The position numbers and the translations under genes were made by a program. The notes under the pieces were generated by a model. That model had not been told where the DNA came from, made no database searches, and saw only the letters and a program-made list of their open reading frames with translations. A stretch of DNA of 64,000 nucleotides from Kiritimatiellia bacterium (lineage in GTDB: Bacteria; Verrucomicrobiota; Kiritimatiellia; RFP12; JBMNHG01). Shown piece after piece: positions 19,916 to 30,680 of the stretch (position 1 is its first letter; every line of letters starts with the position of its first letter). Location: the NCBI GenBank assembly GCA_050950285.1, contig JBMNHG010000002.1, forward strand, positions 692,654 to 756,653, read 5' to 3'.

Positions 19916-22141
19916 ATGACGCGAGACATCATCCATGGGGCGCGCCGCGCCACGTTCGAATTCGTCGAAGGCAAGGGATGGCGGCCCGGCTGGTTCTATG
20001 ACGGCGAGACGCCCGTGGCGCGCTTCAAAGACCACGAATGGCTTTCCATCGGCCATGTCCATCCGGCGTTCGCCGACTCGGTGGAGGATTGCGCGGAAGG
20101 CGGATTGCTGTTCCGGGGGGAGTCTCTCTACGGCATGGTGAAGGTGCCCTGGAACGTGCTGGTGCGCCCGGATGCCGGAGGAGGCTTCGAGGTGGCGACC
20201 ACCTTCGTCCCCGCCGAAACCATCGAGCTGCTCGAGGCGTGGACCTCCTTCGAGGCGCCGTACGTCTACGATGGCAGCGAGACCTCGACGTGCGTCATCG
20301 GCATGAACCCCGTGGTGCGCTGGGTGGGCGACGAGCGTGTGTCCCCTCCCATCTGGGCCAATCCCGCGTGGGTCTACGGCAACGAGAAGTCGGCGCGCCG
20401 CACGGCGGCCTGCAACACTCCGTACCTCTGCCATGCCATCACCGCGGCCAAGGGCCAGCCCGACCGCTACGTCACGCTTGTGGCGGACTGGACGGTTTGC
20501 GAGGTAAAAGACGCCTTCATCACGCCCACCCGCGTCATCGACGGGCTTCATGGCTACAAGTACATCCTGGGTGCGCTCAACTGGTCCAGCGCATTCGCGA
20601 AAGATCCGAACGTGCTTTTCGAGGCGGGCCGCGAGTACCGCCAGCGCCTGCTGGTGGAGGTGGCCGCAGGGGAGTGCCCGGGCGGCTCCCTCGACGCCCT
20701 GCTCTGCAAGGCGTGGGAGGACGCCGAGCGCCTCGAACGCGAGCCCGACGGCCGGATCGCCGCCTACGAAGAGGCCACGAAGGCCGGCGCAAGCTGGGCC
20801 GCCGCCACGAAGTGGCTGCGCGACGTGATGTGCGAGATCATCCCCGCGCCCGGCCTTCTCGAACCGGGCGTGGGCATCAAGACCTACGCGCCGGGCGGAC
20901 GGCCCAAGTTCGACCGGCATGGATCGTGGTACTGGTGGCCGCAGTGGACGGGACTGCTCCACTACCGGGCGCGGATGACCGGCGACCGGGAGCTCGAAGC
21001 CGCCTGCCTGGAGAAGGACGCCCTCTTCGCCGACTGGGTGCAGGACGACAAATACCACGGCTCCATCGCCGTGGGCGCCACGCTCACGCCGGCCTTCCAC
21101 TGGCTCGTCAACAACGGCCGGAAAGACAGCGTGCTGGCGCGCGGGCTCGCCACGCTCCTCCAGGACACCCTCGCGAAATCCGTCGCCGAGAACGGCAGGA
21201 CCCGCGCGATGGATTCGGGGGCCCAGGCCACCATCGCCGAGGTGCTTCTGCTGGGGTCCGGACTGTACGGATCGAAGGCGATGCGCGACCAAGGGCTGCT
21301 GCTGCTCGAGGAGATGGCGCGCAAGCTCGACGGCAATTTCTGGGAGTTCAACCTCGGCCCGACCGGATGCATGATGCACGGCGGACAGATCCGTTCGCTG
21401 GGCCATGGCCACGCCGTCATGGCGAACCTCGTGGCGCACCGTCTCACCGGGGACGAACACCACCTGCGCGACGCCCACCGCTTCGCCCGCTACCTGCTCG
21501 CCGTGAGCTATGCCACCCACAACGGCTCCGCCGCGCCCGACTTCGACTGGCGCGGCTGGTGCAACGGCTCCAACGCGGGGCGCGACCAGATTGCCGAATT
21601 CCCGCCGTGGGAGACGCAGAACGGACTGCTCTGCATCGCCTCGCTCCTGCCCTTCCGCGAACTCGAGGACGGCTTCTACGACGTGCTCTGGTACATCGGC
21701 CGCACGGGCCTCGCTCAGTTCCCCGCCGCGCGCACCGTGAAGCGCGTGATCGGCACGGACATGGTCCCGCGCTACGTTCCGCGCTCCTCGATCGCCAGCG
21801 AACGCGACTTCTACGACATCCACCCCTACCTGGCCTACGAGAACCCCCACGACCAGGACATGCCCGCCGCCTATCAGGGCACCGACTGCCTCGTGGGCGA
21901 ATTCGTGTACGGCAACGGCCTCGCCCGCGCCCTCGACCCCCGCGTGGCGGCGCTCGTGCCCGGCGCGGCGCACCTCGACCCCGTCGAGGCCCGGGTCCGC
22001 ACCGTCCACTATTGGAACCCGACCCCCGACACGATCGCCACGGACGTGGAGCTCTCCTGGCCCGACGGCCGAAAGACGACGGTCACGGAGACCGTTCCGT
22101 CCCGCCGCGCGCTCCGGAAGCGCTACGACGCCCCGGCATGA
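19916..22141 (+). CDS. Hypothetical protein, possibly alpha/alpha-toroid carbohydrate-active enzyme
   Basis: 741-aa ORF, RBS GAGGA, host-like codon bias, W/Y-rich helical C-half; function is a guess. Confidence 0.7.
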   Translation: MTRDIIHGARRATFEFVEGKGWRPGWFYDGETPVARFKDHEWLSIGHVHPAFADSVEDCAEGGLLFRGESLYGMVKVPWNVLVRPDAGGGFEVATTFVPAETIELLEAWTSFEAPYVYDGSETSTCVIGMNPVVRWVGDERVSPPIWANPAWVYGNEKSARRTAACNTPYLCHAITAAKGQPDRYVTLVADWTVCEVKDAFITPTRVIDGLHGYKYILGALNWSSAFAKDPNVLFEAGREYRQRLLVEVAAGECPGGSLDALLCKAWEDAERLEREPDGRIAAYEEATKAGASWAAATKWLRDVMCEIIPAPGLLEPGVGIKTYAPGGRPKFDRHGSWYWWPQWTGLLHYRARMTGDRELEAACLEKDALFADWVQDDKYHGSIAVGATLTPAFHWLVNNGRKDSVLARGLATLLQDTLAKSVAENGRTRAMDSGAQATIAEVLLLGSGLYGSKAMRDQGLLLLEEMARKLDGNFWEFNLGPTGCMMHGGQIRSLGHGHAVMANLVAHRLTGDEHHLRDAHRFARYLLAVSYATHNGSAAPDFDWRGWCNGSNAGRDQIAEFPPWETQNGLLCIASLLPFRELEDGFYDVLWYIGRTGLAQFPAARTVKRVIGTDMVPRYVPRSSIASERDFYDIHPYLAYENPHDQDMPAAYQGTDCLVGEFVYGNGLARALDPRVAALVPGAAHLDPVEARVRTVHYWNPTPDTIATDVELSWPDGRKTTVTETVPSRRALRKRYDAPA

Positions 22142-22162
22142 CCCGACGCACGGACGCAAAGG

Positions 22163-22666
22163 ATGGACACCCGAAGCATTCGCACCGGACTGGGTTACGA
22201 CGCGCACCGCCTCGTTGCGGGAAGGCCGCTCGTCCTGGGCGGCGTGGACATCCCCCACCCCGCCGGGCTGCTCGGCCACTCGGACGCCGACGTGCTCACG
22301 CACGCGCTGATGGACGCCCTGCTCGGCGCCGCCGCGGAGGGCGACATCGGCCGGCACTTCCCGGATCGCGACCCCCGGTGGAAGGGCGCCGACAGCATCG
22401 CGCTCCTGCGGGCCGTCGTCGCCCGCCTCGCCGCGAAGGGCCATGCCATCGTCAACGCCGACGCCACCGTCATGGCCGAAGCGCCCAAACTCGCCCCGTA
22501 CATCCCCGCCATGCGGCAACGCCTCGCCGAAGCCATGGGCGTGCCTGTCGACGCGGTCTCCGTCAAGGCGACCACCGTCGAAGGCATGGGCGCCATCGGC
22601 CGCCGCGAAGGCATTTCCGCCATGGCCATCGCCACGATCGCTTCCCGGAAAGATTCCGCCGAATGA
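22163..22666 (+). CDS. ispF: MECDP synthase
   Basis: [24 protein letters not shown]. Confidence 0.96.
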   Translation: MDTRSIRTGLGYDAHRLVAGRPLVLGGVDIPHPAGLLGHSDADVLTHALMDALLGAAAEGDIGRHFPDRDPRWKGADSIALLRAVVARLAAKGHAIVNADATVMAEAPKLAPYIPAMRQRLAEAMGVPVDAVSVKATTVEGMGAIGRREGISAMAIATIASRKDSAE

Positions 22667-24075
22667 AACTCTTCGATACCGCCACCCGGAAAAAAATCGA
22701 TTTCGCCCCGATGGATGGCCGGTGCGCGCGCCTGTACACCTGCGGCCCCACCGTCTACAACTTCGCCCACATCGGGAATTTCCGCGCCTACGTCTTCGAG
22801 GACGTGCTCCGCCGCGCCATCCAGCTCCACGGCTGGCAGGTGTACCAGGTGATGAACCTCACGGACGTGGACGACAAGACCATCCGCGGCTCGCGCGCGG
22901 CCGGCATGGCGTTGAACGACTACACGAAGCCCTACATCGACGCCTTCTTCTCCGACATCCAAACGCTCAACATCCAGCGCGCGGAGGCCTACCCCGCGGC
23001 AACCGACCACGTCCCCGAGATGATCGGGCTGATCCAGGCGCTCTTCGATCGCGGCCTCGCCTATTTGTCGGACGACGGGTCGGTCTACTTCCCGGTGGCG
23101 GCATTCCCCGGCTATGGCCGCCCCGCCCACGTCGATCTCTCCGGGATGCGCGACGGCGCCCGCGTGGCGCAGGACGAATACGCCAAGGAGAGCGTCGGCG
23201 ACTTCGCCCTCTGGAAGGCCTGGAGCGAGGAAGACGGCGATGTGGCGTGGGATTCCCCGTGGGGCCGGGGCCGCCCCGGATGGCACATCGAGTGCTCCGC
23301 GATGGCGATGAAGTACCTCGGGCCGACCTTCGATCTGCACACCGGCGGCATCGACAACCTCTTCCCGCACCACGCGAACGAGACCGCGCAGTCCGAGGGC
23401 GCCACCGGGAAGCCCTTCGCCCGCTACTGGCTCCACTGCGCCCACCTGCGCGTGAACGGCGAGAAGATGTCGAAGTCCGCGGGGAACTTCTTCACCCTCC
23501 GCGACCTCCTCGAAAAGGGATGGGGCGGCCGCGAGATCCGCTATGTGCTGCTCAACTGCCACTACCGGCAGGCGCTGAACTTCACCTTCGACTCGCTCGA
23601 CGCGGCCCGCGCCGCCCTGGCGCGGGTGGACGCCGCCGCCGGGCGGCTCGCCGCGCGCGCCGCGGGAGCCGCGCCCGCCGCCACGCCCCCCGGATGGGCG
23701 GCGAACGCCGAGACCGCGCTTCGGAATGCGCTGGCCGACGACCTGAACGTGCCCGAGGCCCTTGCCGCGCTCTTCACGATGGTGCGCGACGCAAACGCCG
23801 CCCTCGACAAGGACGAACTCGAACCCGCGGCCGCGGCCGCCGTGCTGGCGTTGCTGGACGGCCCCTTCGAACTCGGCCTCGGCGTGACCGCCTTCGGGCG
23901 TCGCGACGCCGAAGCCCGCATCCCCGACGACGTGCGGAAGCTCGCCGACGAACGCGCCGCCGCGCGCGCCGCGAAGAACTGGGCCGAGTCCGACCGCCTC
24001 CGCGCCGCCATCGCCGGCCTCGGATGGACGGTGCGCGACACGCGCGACGGCCAGACGCTCGCCCCGGCGCAGTAG
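22663..24075 (+). CDS. cysS: Cysteine--tRNA ligase
   Basis: [25 protein letters not shown]. Confidence 0.97.
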   Translation: MKLFDTATRKKIDFAPMDGRCARLYTCGPTVYNFAHIGNFRAYVFEDVLRRAIQLHGWQVYQVMNLTDVDDKTIRGSRAAGMALNDYTKPYIDAFFSDIQTLNIQRAEAYPAATDHVPEMIGLIQALFDRGLAYLSDDGSVYFPVAAFPGYGRPAHVDLSGMRDGARVAQDEYAKESVGDFALWKAWSEEDGDVAWDSPWGRGRPGWHIECSAMAMKYLGPTFDLHTGGIDNLFPHHANETAQSEGATGKPFARYWLHCAHLRVNGEKMSKSAGNFFTLRDLLEKGWGGREIRYVLLNCHYRQALNFTFDSLDAARAALARVDAAAGRLAARAAGAAPAATPPGWAANAETALRNALADDLNVPEALAALFTMVRDANAALDKDELEPAAAAAVLALLDGPFELGLGVTAFGRRDAEARIPDDVRKLADERAAARAAKNWAESDRLRAAIAGLGWTVRDTRDGQTLAPAQ

Positions 24076-24085
24076 GAGCCTCCCC

Positions 24086-24643
24086 ATGAATCCGCCCCAT
24101 CCCGCGTCCGCCTCCACGGCGGAATCCCGCCTCGCCGCCTTCCACGAGCGTTGCATGCGCATCGCCTTGCGCGAGGCCGCGCTTGCCGCGGAGGAGGAGG
24201 AGGTGCCCGCCGGATGCGTCATCGTGGATCGCCCCGGCGACGATGTCCTCGCGGGCGACAGGCTTCTCCTCCCCCGCATCCTGGGGCGCGCCCACAACCA
24301 GGCCGAGCAGCTGAAAGACCCCACCGCCCACGCGGAAATGCTCGCCATCACCCAGGCGTGCGCGGCGCGCGGCGACTTCCGGCTCACCGGCACCATCCTC
24401 TACGTGACCAAGGAGCCGTGCGCCATGTGCGCGGGAGCCATCGTCCTCGCGCGCATTCCCGCGGTCGTCTTCGGCGTGTCCGACCCGAAGCGCGGCGGCG
24501 TGTCCGTCTTCCGGATTCTCGACCACCCCGGCCTCATCCACCGTGCGGAGGTGACGGGGGGCGTCCTCGCCGGCGAATGCCTCGCCCTGCTGCAGGACTT
24601 CTTCAAAGCGCGGCGCGCCGCGGAAACTCCGCCCCGGCCCTGA
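24086..24643 (+). CDS. tadA: tRNA adenosine(34) deaminase
   Basis: EVPAG, DPTAHAE, EPCAMC, DPKRG. Confidence 0.9.
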   Translation: MNPPHPASASTAESRLAAFHERCMRIALREAALAAEEEEVPAGCVIVDRPGDDVLAGDRLLLPRILGRAHNQAEQLKDPTAHAEMLAITQACAARGDFRLTGTILYVTKEPCAMCAGAIVLARIPAVVFGVSDPKRGGVSVFRILDHPGLIHRAEVTGGVLAGECLALLQDFFKARRAAETPPRP

Positions 24644-24670
24644 AGGCGCCGGACGGGCGCGGCGCGCCGT

Positions 24671-25531
24671 TCACGGCTTGGCTTGCCGGGAAAGGGCGTC
24701 TTGGAGGCGGCAGACGTGCGCGGCGCGGTCGGCGTCCTCGCGATCCTTGAAGGTGCGGAGGCGCTGCATCATGTTGTCGAAGTCCACCAGGTGGCCATCG
24801 AACTCCGGACCGTCCACGCAGACGAACCGCGTTTCCCCGCCCACCGTCACGCGGCAGCCGCCGCACATGCCGGTGCCATCGAGCATGATGGTGTTGAGCG
24901 AGACGATCGTGGGCACGCCGAAGGGGCGCGTGGTCTCGGCGCAGAACTTCATCATGACGGGCGGCCCGATGGCGATCACCCGGTCCGGCTTCGGGTCTTG
25001 CCGGCAGAGTTCCTCCAGCGGCCCGGTGACGAGCGCCTTCCGTCCGGCGGAGCCGTCGTCGGTGACCACGATCCGTTCGTCCGCGAGCGCCTCCATCTCG
25101 TCCTCCAGGATGAGGAGCGAGCGGTTCCGGGCGCCCATGATCACGGTCACGCGGTTTCCCGCGGCCTTCATCGCCTTCACGATGGGATAGAGCGGCGCCA
25201 CGCCGATGCCGCCCCCGACGCATGCCACCCACCCGAAACGCCTGACGTCCGTGGGGTTGCCGAGCGGGCCGACCACGGCGGGGAGAAGGTCGCCCACGCG
25301 CTTTTCCGCCAGCAGCAGGGTGGTGCGGCCGACGGCCTGGAAGACGAGCACGATGGCGCCGCGCCCGGGATCGGCGTCCGCGATGGTGAGCGGGATGCGC
25401 TCGCCCCATTCGGCGTCCACCTGGACGATCACGAACTGTCCGGCGCGGTGTTCGCGGGCGATCAGCGGGGCCTCGACCTCGAGGCGGAAGACGGTTTCGG
25501 AGAGTTGCTGGCGGGAGAGGATGCGGTGCAT
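24671..25531 (-). CDS. nfnA: NfnA/SudB-like FAD/NAD-binding 2Fe-2S subunit
   Basis: GQFVIV, ERIPLTI, GPLGNP, MLDGTGMCGGCRV, CVDGPEFDGH. Confidence 0.88.
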   Translation of the reverse strand: MHRILSRQQLSETVFRLEVEAPLIAREHRAGQFVIVQVDAEWGERIPLTIADADPGRGAIVLVFQAVGRTTLLLAEKRVGDLLPAVVGPLGNPTDVRRFGWVACVGGGIGVAPLYPIVKAMKAAGNRVTVIMGARNRSLLILEDEMEALADERIVVTDDGSAGRKALVTGPLEELCRQDPKPDRVIAIGPPVMMKFCAETTRPFGVPTIVSLNTIMLDGTGMCGGCRVTVGGETRFVCVDGPEFDGHLVDFDNMMQRLRTFKDREDADRAAHVCRLQDALSRQAKP

Positions 25532-25547
25532 GGCGGCAGGGGTCCGG

Positions 25548-26555
25548 TCAGGGGAGGATGGCGATCTTGCGGGTGGTTTCACGGTCGGTGCGGAGCAACT
25601 CCAGGGCTTCGGGGAGCTTCTCCAGCGGGAAGCGGTGCGAGACGATGTCGGCGGGGACGACGCCGTTGCGGAGCAGGTCCACGGCGATGGGGAGCCAGCA
25701 CGCGGGCGATGCGAACGAGGCGCGCAGCTGCTGCTTGCCCAGATGCATGGCGGTGGTGTCCAGCGTGATGTTGCCGTCGCCCCAGTTGAAGCCGATGTAC
25801 GAGCAGATGCCCTCGTAGGCGAGGGTGGACATGGCTCCCGGGATGGCGGAGGGGGGCGCGGTGACGAGCGCCCGGTGGAACTTCCCGTGCCTGGCGACGA
25901 CGTCGGCGAACGAGATTTCGTTCGTGGAGCAGGCGGCGTCCGCGCCGATCCGGAGGGCGGCGGCGAGCTTGCCCTTCGAGGGGTTCATGGCCACGATGGC
26001 GCCCGTGGTGCGCCGGCGGGCGATGGCGAGGGCCATCAGCCCGATCGCGCCGCAACCCACCACGAGGACGTTGTGGTCGAGGCCGATTTCGGCCACGCGG
26101 ACCATGTCGTACGCCACGCCCACGGGCTCGGCCATCGCGGCGACGGCGGGATCGAGCCCTCCGGCGGGGACGGCGGAGCGGGCGTGGACGAGCATGCGCT
26201 GCGCGAAGCCCTGCGCCGGGCCGATGGCGGGACCGAAGAGCTGCCGGCAGAGGTCCGGGCGGCTGTTCCGGCAGTCGGCGCAGACGCCGCAGAAGGTCGA
26301 GGATTCGAGCACCACCTGGTCGCCGGGGCGGATGTTCGCGACGCCCGGCCCGACCTCGCGCACGCGGCCGCAGATTTCGTGGCCGAAGGGCTGGAAGTCG
26401 CGGGCGAGTTCGCGGGCGATCTCCATGTCGTGCCCGCAGATTCCGGTGGCAAGCACGTCGATCACGGCCTGCCCTTCGGCGGGGGCGGGCAGTTCGACGT
26501 CCCGGAATTCAATCTGGAAGGGTGCCTTTACATAGGCGGCTCGGATGGTCGGCAT
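25548..26555 (-). CDS. Zinc-dependent (MDR) alcohol/sugar dehydrogenase
   Basis: GICGHD, GHE, CGVCADC...C, GCGAIG. Confidence 0.9.
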   Translation of the reverse strand: MPTIRAAYVKAPFQIEFRDVELPAPAEGQAVIDVLATGICGHDMEIARELARDFQPFGHEICGRVREVGPGVANIRPGDQVVLESSTFCGVCADCRNSRPDLCRQLFGPAIGPAQGFAQRMLVHARSAVPAGGLDPAVAAMAEPVGVAYDMVRVAEIGLDHNVLVVGCGAIGLMALAIARRRTTGAIVAMNPSKGKLAAALRIGADAACSTNEISFADVVARHGKFHRALVTAPPSAIPGAMSTLAYEGICSYIGFNWGDGNITLDTTAMHLGKQQLRASFASPACWLPIAVDLLRNGVVPADIVSHRFPLEKLPEALELLRTDRETTRKIAILP

Positions 26556-26645
26556 GGCGGTTTCTCCACCCCATGGGGGGAAGGTCTCGGGGAAGGGTTG
26601 TCGAAGGGGTTGATGGGTCCAGGGGGAACGGACGTGCGGCGGGGG

Positions 26646-28670
26646 CTACTCCTCCACGACGAGGATGCCGTGGATCCAGACGCTCGGGACGGTGGCTTCG
26701 AGCACGCCGTCCTTCCACGTCCACGCGGCTTCGCCTTCGTCGAGATGCCAGGTCACCGAAGACGGCTCCTTCGCCATCTTCATGCGCACGGAAAGCGGGC
26801 CGATGCGGGGGATTTCATCGACCACGCCGTTGTTGGGCTGGTTCGGGATGCCGCTGATGCGGTTCACGAAGTGGATGCGCTTCGAGGTGCCGCGCCGGCG
26901 GAGGGCCACGTCGATGCACGCGGGGGCCTTCGCGCGGATGTCCGGATCGGGGAGGAGCGCCTCCGCGAGGGCCGCGAAGAACTTGCGGGCCTGCGGGAAG
27001 CGGCTGAACTCGAAGTCGTGGCCGAGGCGCGCGGGGACGTACGCGACCTTGCCTTTGCCGACGCGGTGGAGGACGGCGGCGGGGTTGGGGAGGAGCCTGT
27101 CTTCGAGCTGGCAGTTGTGGCCGATGCGCCCGTAGACCTCCACGTCGGGCCCGGTGGCCTCGCCGAGCAGCCACGGGTCGCTGTAGAGCAAGCCGTCGCC
27201 GTCGCCGGCCGGATAGGAGAAGGTGGCCTGGGGGCGGAGCCCCAGGGCGCGGAAGCCGAGGAAGGCCTCGCCGAAGCGGGCGTGGGCCTCCGCGCCGGTC
27301 ACGAGCAGGCTTCCCCCGTTTTCAACGTATGCCTTGAGCGCGGCGACCATCCCGTCGGACATCTTGCCCTGCTCGGGGGCGACCACCAGGGGGAAGTCGG
27401 CGAGGCGCGGCAGCAGGGCCCACTCGTCCATCACGTCCACGCCATAGCTCGATTCGAGGAGCGCGTAGAGCGCGCCCTGCACGGGCGACACGTCCACGTT
27501 CCACATCAGGTTCGGGCCGCTTGCGGTGCTTTCGAGGTGCTTCTCGGAGTGGAGGACGACGATTTGCGGGATGGTTTCGGTGTGCTGGCAGAGTTCGCGG
27601 CGCGCCTTGACGAATTCGCCCACTTCGCGGAGGCGCCGCATGCGCCACGGGACGAGGCGGCCGTCGCGCACGGGCGAGTGTTCGTAGATTTGCACGTTTC
27701 CGCCGAAGGAGAGGAGGACGGCGGCCTCCTGCATGAGCATCTGCGGCGGCTTGAATTCCCTGGGCGAGAGGGGATTCCCGAGGCCGTGCGAGGCGTAGAA
27801 GGCCCAGAGCATGATGTCCCAGGGCTTCTGGCGGGTGGAGAGGAAGCGGGCTTCGCAGCGGGAGCCGTCGAGCCCCCACACCCACGTGTTGTCGCCGGAG
27901 ATCCAGTCGGTCGGGATGCGCGTGGGGTCGCCGGGGTTCTTGAAGGTCTGGAGCCAGTTGGAGCAGACGAGCACGCCGGGCTTGTGGGCGTGGACGGCGT
28001 CGCAGTAGCGGCGGACGAAGGTGTAGAAGCTGTCCCGCGTGAACTTCCACCAGCGGGGCCAGCGTGGGTCGGAGGGATCGACGGGCGCCTCGGCGAGGCC
28101 GGTTTCCTCGGTCCAGGCCTTGCGGCAGGCGGGGCAGTAGCAGGGCTCGACGGCCCAAAGGTCGCCATCCACCCAGAAGCCGTCCACGTTGTAGCGGTCG
28201 ATCAGCTCGAGCATCTGCGGGATCATCAGCTTTTCGAGGTACGGGCTTCGCGGGCACATCTTCTCGTGCGCGGGCGTGCCGCTGTCCTGCCCCTTCGCGG
28301 GATCCGCGCCGCGGGAGGCGGGGACCACGCACCACTCGGGGTGGCGCGCGCCGGCGGCCTTGTCCCAGATGCCGGAATAGTGGCAGTGGAGCGGGAGCCC
28401 GAGGGCGGAGGTGGCGGCGCGCCATTGGGCGAGCGCATCGTGCTCCAGGTGCGGAGGAACGGTCGCCTCGGGAATCCGGCTGAACCAGCTGGTGTACCCC
28501 CCATGGCCCTTGCAGTCCGTCTGGACGAACTCGGGGCCCATGAGCTTGAGCATGGGGACGAGTTCGTCCATGCCACAGCGCGAGCCGATGTCGAAGTCGT
28601 TCGGGCCCGCGTGGAAATCGTAGTGAAGACCGAAATATTTGTCGTCGCCGTACCAGCTGCCGGATTGCAT
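26646..28670 (-). CDS. Glycoside hydrolase, alpha-L-fucosidase-like with beta-galactosidase trimerisation-like domain
   Basis: HYDFH, DCKGHGG, YNVDGFWVD motifs; family not certain. Confidence 0.65.
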   Translation of the reverse strand: MQSGSWYGDDKYFGLHYDFHAGPNDFDIGSRCGMDELVPMLKLMGPEFVQTDCKGHGGYTSWFSRIPEATVPPHLEHDALAQWRAATSALGLPLHCHYSGIWDKAAGARHPEWCVVPASRGADPAKGQDSGTPAHEKMCPRSPYLEKLMIPQMLELIDRYNVDGFWVDGDLWAVEPCYCPACRKAWTEETGLAEAPVDPSDPRWPRWWKFTRDSFYTFVRRYCDAVHAHKPGVLVCSNWLQTFKNPGDPTRIPTDWISGDNTWVWGLDGSRCEARFLSTRQKPWDIMLWAFYASHGLGNPLSPREFKPPQMLMQEAAVLLSFGGNVQIYEHSPVRDGRLVPWRMRRLREVGEFVKARRELCQHTETIPQIVVLHSEKHLESTASGPNLMWNVDVSPVQGALYALLESSYGVDVMDEWALLPRLADFPLVVAPEQGKMSDGMVAALKAYVENGGSLLVTGAEAHARFGEAFLGFRALGLRPQATFSYPAGDGDGLLYSDPWLLGEATGPDVEVYGRIGHNCQLEDRLLPNPAAVLHRVGKGKVAYVPARLGHDFEFSRFPQARKFFAALAEALLPDPDIRAKAPACIDVALRRRGTSKRIHFVNRISGIPNQPNNGVVDEIPRIGPLSVRMKMAKEPSSVTWHLDEGEAAWTWKDGVLEATVPSVWIHGILVVEE

Positions 28671-28965
28671 GGCATCGCTCCTTGCGTGAGGGGTTGGTGT
28701 GAAAAACAGGAGGGTCGGGAGAAGGAAGAGGGAGGATGGAGGCGCCGTTCGCGTTCCGCCGTTTCGAGGTTTCCCGCGAAGAATCGCGAGGGGGCCGCAG
28801 GACTGTTCGGAGGGGTTCATGGGGTTGTCGCCGCCGACGGTCCGACCGATGACGTCCCGGCGTGCCGGACGTCGGGGCTTTCCGTTGGCGCTTGGTTTGC
28901 AGGAATCGTGGGAACAGGGGCAGTTTACGCTTCCTACGGAGGGATTGGAAGGGGATAATGCGCCC

Positions 28966-29886
28966 ATGGCTATGCCTCCTCCCTCCCCCGCCCGGCCCGA
29001 TTGGATCCGCGTGCGCACACGGCCGGATGCCGGACTCGACGGACTTCGCGCCCGTTTGAGCGCCCTTGGCCTGAACACCGTCTGCGAAGCCGCCGCCTGC
29101 CCGAACCTGGGCCATTGCTGGAGCCGCGGCCACGCCACGGTGATGATCCTCGGCGACCGATGCACGCGCGGATGCCGCTTTTGCAATGTGGACCGACGCC
29201 CCGTGCTGCCGCCCGCGCCGGACGAGCCGGAACGCGTGGCGAAGGCCGTGCTCGACGCCGGGACGCTCGAGGAGATCGTGATTACGTCGGTCACCCGCGA
29301 CGACCTCCCCGACGGCGGCGCCGCGATATGGGCGAAGACCGTCCGTGCCGTCCGGGCCGCCGCGCCGTCCGTGCGGATCGAGGTGCTCGTGCCGGACTTC
29401 AAGGGGCGTCCGGAGGACATCGCCACGGTGGCGGACACCCGTCCGGAGGTCTTCGGCCACAACCTGGAGATGCCGGGCCGGCTGTATCCCGCCTTCCGTC
29501 CCGAGGCGGATTTCGATCGTTCGCTCGCGGTGTTGCGGCAGGCCGCGAAGGCGGGGCTGCTCGCGAAGACCAGCCTGATGCTTGGGCTGGGCGAAACGCG
29601 CGAGGAGCTTCTCGAGACCTTCCGCCGCGCCCGCGACGCCGGCGCCCGCATCCTTTTCCTGGGGCAGTACCTGCAGCCTTCGAAGCGGCATTGCCCCGTG
29701 GTGCGCTACCTTCCGCCCGGGGAGTTCGACGAATTGCGGCATGCCGCGATGGACATCGGCTTCGATGTCGTGGCGTCCGCGCCGCTGGTGCGCAGTTCGT
29801 ACCACGACGACGCCCAGACGGACTTCGTCCGCGCCTTCTACGCGGGGTCGAACCCGCAGGCCGAAGCGACGCGGAAGCGGGGATGA
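28966..29886 (+). CDS. lipA: Lipoyl synthase
   Basis: CEAAACPNLGHC, CTRGCRFC, VRSSYH. Confidence 0.95.
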   Translation: MAMPPPSPARPDWIRVRTRPDAGLDGLRARLSALGLNTVCEAAACPNLGHCWSRGHATVMILGDRCTRGCRFCNVDRRPVLPPAPDEPERVAKAVLDAGTLEEIVITSVTRDDLPDGGAAIWAKTVRAVRAAAPSVRIEVLVPDFKGRPEDIATVADTRPEVFGHNLEMPGRLYPAFRPEADFDRSLAVLRQAAKAGLLAKTSLMLGLGETREELLETFRRARDAGARILFLGQYLQPSKRHCPVVRYLPPGEFDELRHAAMDIGFDVVASAPLVRSSYHDDAQTDFVRAFYAGSNPQAEATRKRG

Positions 29887-29893
29887 ACCGGAG

Positions 29894-30367
29894 ATGCCCG
29901 CCGACTTCTCGATCGTCCTCCTCCATCCGGAGATCCCGCACAACACGGGCGCCATCGGGCGGCTGTGCGTGGGTCTTGGCATTCCCTTGCATCTGGTGCG
30001 GCCGCTCGGCTTCCGCCTTTCGGAAAAGGCGATCGCCCGCGCGGGGCTGGACTATTGGCGCCATCTCGACGTCCGGGTGCACGACGACTGGCCCGGCTAC
30101 CTCGAGAGGGTCCGCCCGGCCCGGCTGTGCTTCCTGTCGACGCACGGCGCCGCGTCCCTCTACGACTTCGCCTTCGCGCCGGGCGACGCACTGGTCTTCG
30201 GCCGCGAAAGCTCGGGCCTGCCCCCGGACTTCCTGGACCGCTATTCGGACAGCCTCCTCCGCATCCCCATGCCGGGCGAACACGCCCGCAGCATCAACCT
30301 GGCGAATGCCGTCGCCATCGCCGCCTACGAATGCTTCCGGCAGCTGGCCGTGCGGTCCGGCCGCTGA
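29894..30367 (+). CDS. trmL: tRNA (cytidine/uridine-34)-2'-O-methyltransferase
   Basis: PEIPHNTGAIGRLC, RAGLDYW, FGRESSGL, RSINL. Confidence 0.93.
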   Translation: MPADFSIVLLHPEIPHNTGAIGRLCVGLGIPLHLVRPLGFRLSEKAIARAGLDYWRHLDVRVHDDWPGYLERVRPARLCFLSTHGAASLYDFAFAPGDALVFGRESSGLPPDFLDRYSDSLLRIPMPGEHARSINLANAVAIAAYECFRQLAVRSGR

Positions 30368-30398
30368 CGCCGCGCATCCCGCGGTTGCGCCGGGGGGC

Positions 30399-30552
30399 TA
30401 CGAACTCGGCCACAATTCATACTGCAAAACAGGGGAACGGGTTTTCCAACCCGTGACACGGACAGGAATGTCCGTGCCCCTTTCCCAACTCCAAATTCCA
30501 GCTCCCCCTGCCTGAATCTCCGTGCGCAGCGCTATTTGTGGCCGGGTTAGTA
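30399..30552. mobile_element. MITE-like element carrying an inverted REP-like hairpin pair
   Basis: Terminal IRs TACGAACTCGGCCACAA / TTGTGGCCGGGTTAGTA (15/17); internal 30431-30481 hairpin pair; second partial copy at 757-815. Confidence 0.75.
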
Positions 30553-30678
30553 GTACATTGTTGCAGTTATAAACCCGCCATCAGCCACTCGGATACCGGG
30601 TACAGGAACACGGGGCCGATTCGCGCGGCCGAGAATGGAATACGTGTTGTTCGCTGTGTTACAAGCGCAACAATGCAC
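30553..30678. mobile_element. Non-autonomous IS630-derived MITE
   Basis: Ends GTACATTGTTGC / GCAACAATGCAC match the adjacent IS630 IRs; TA flanks at 30551-52 and 30679-80. Confidence 0.8.
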
Positions 30679-30680
30679 TA

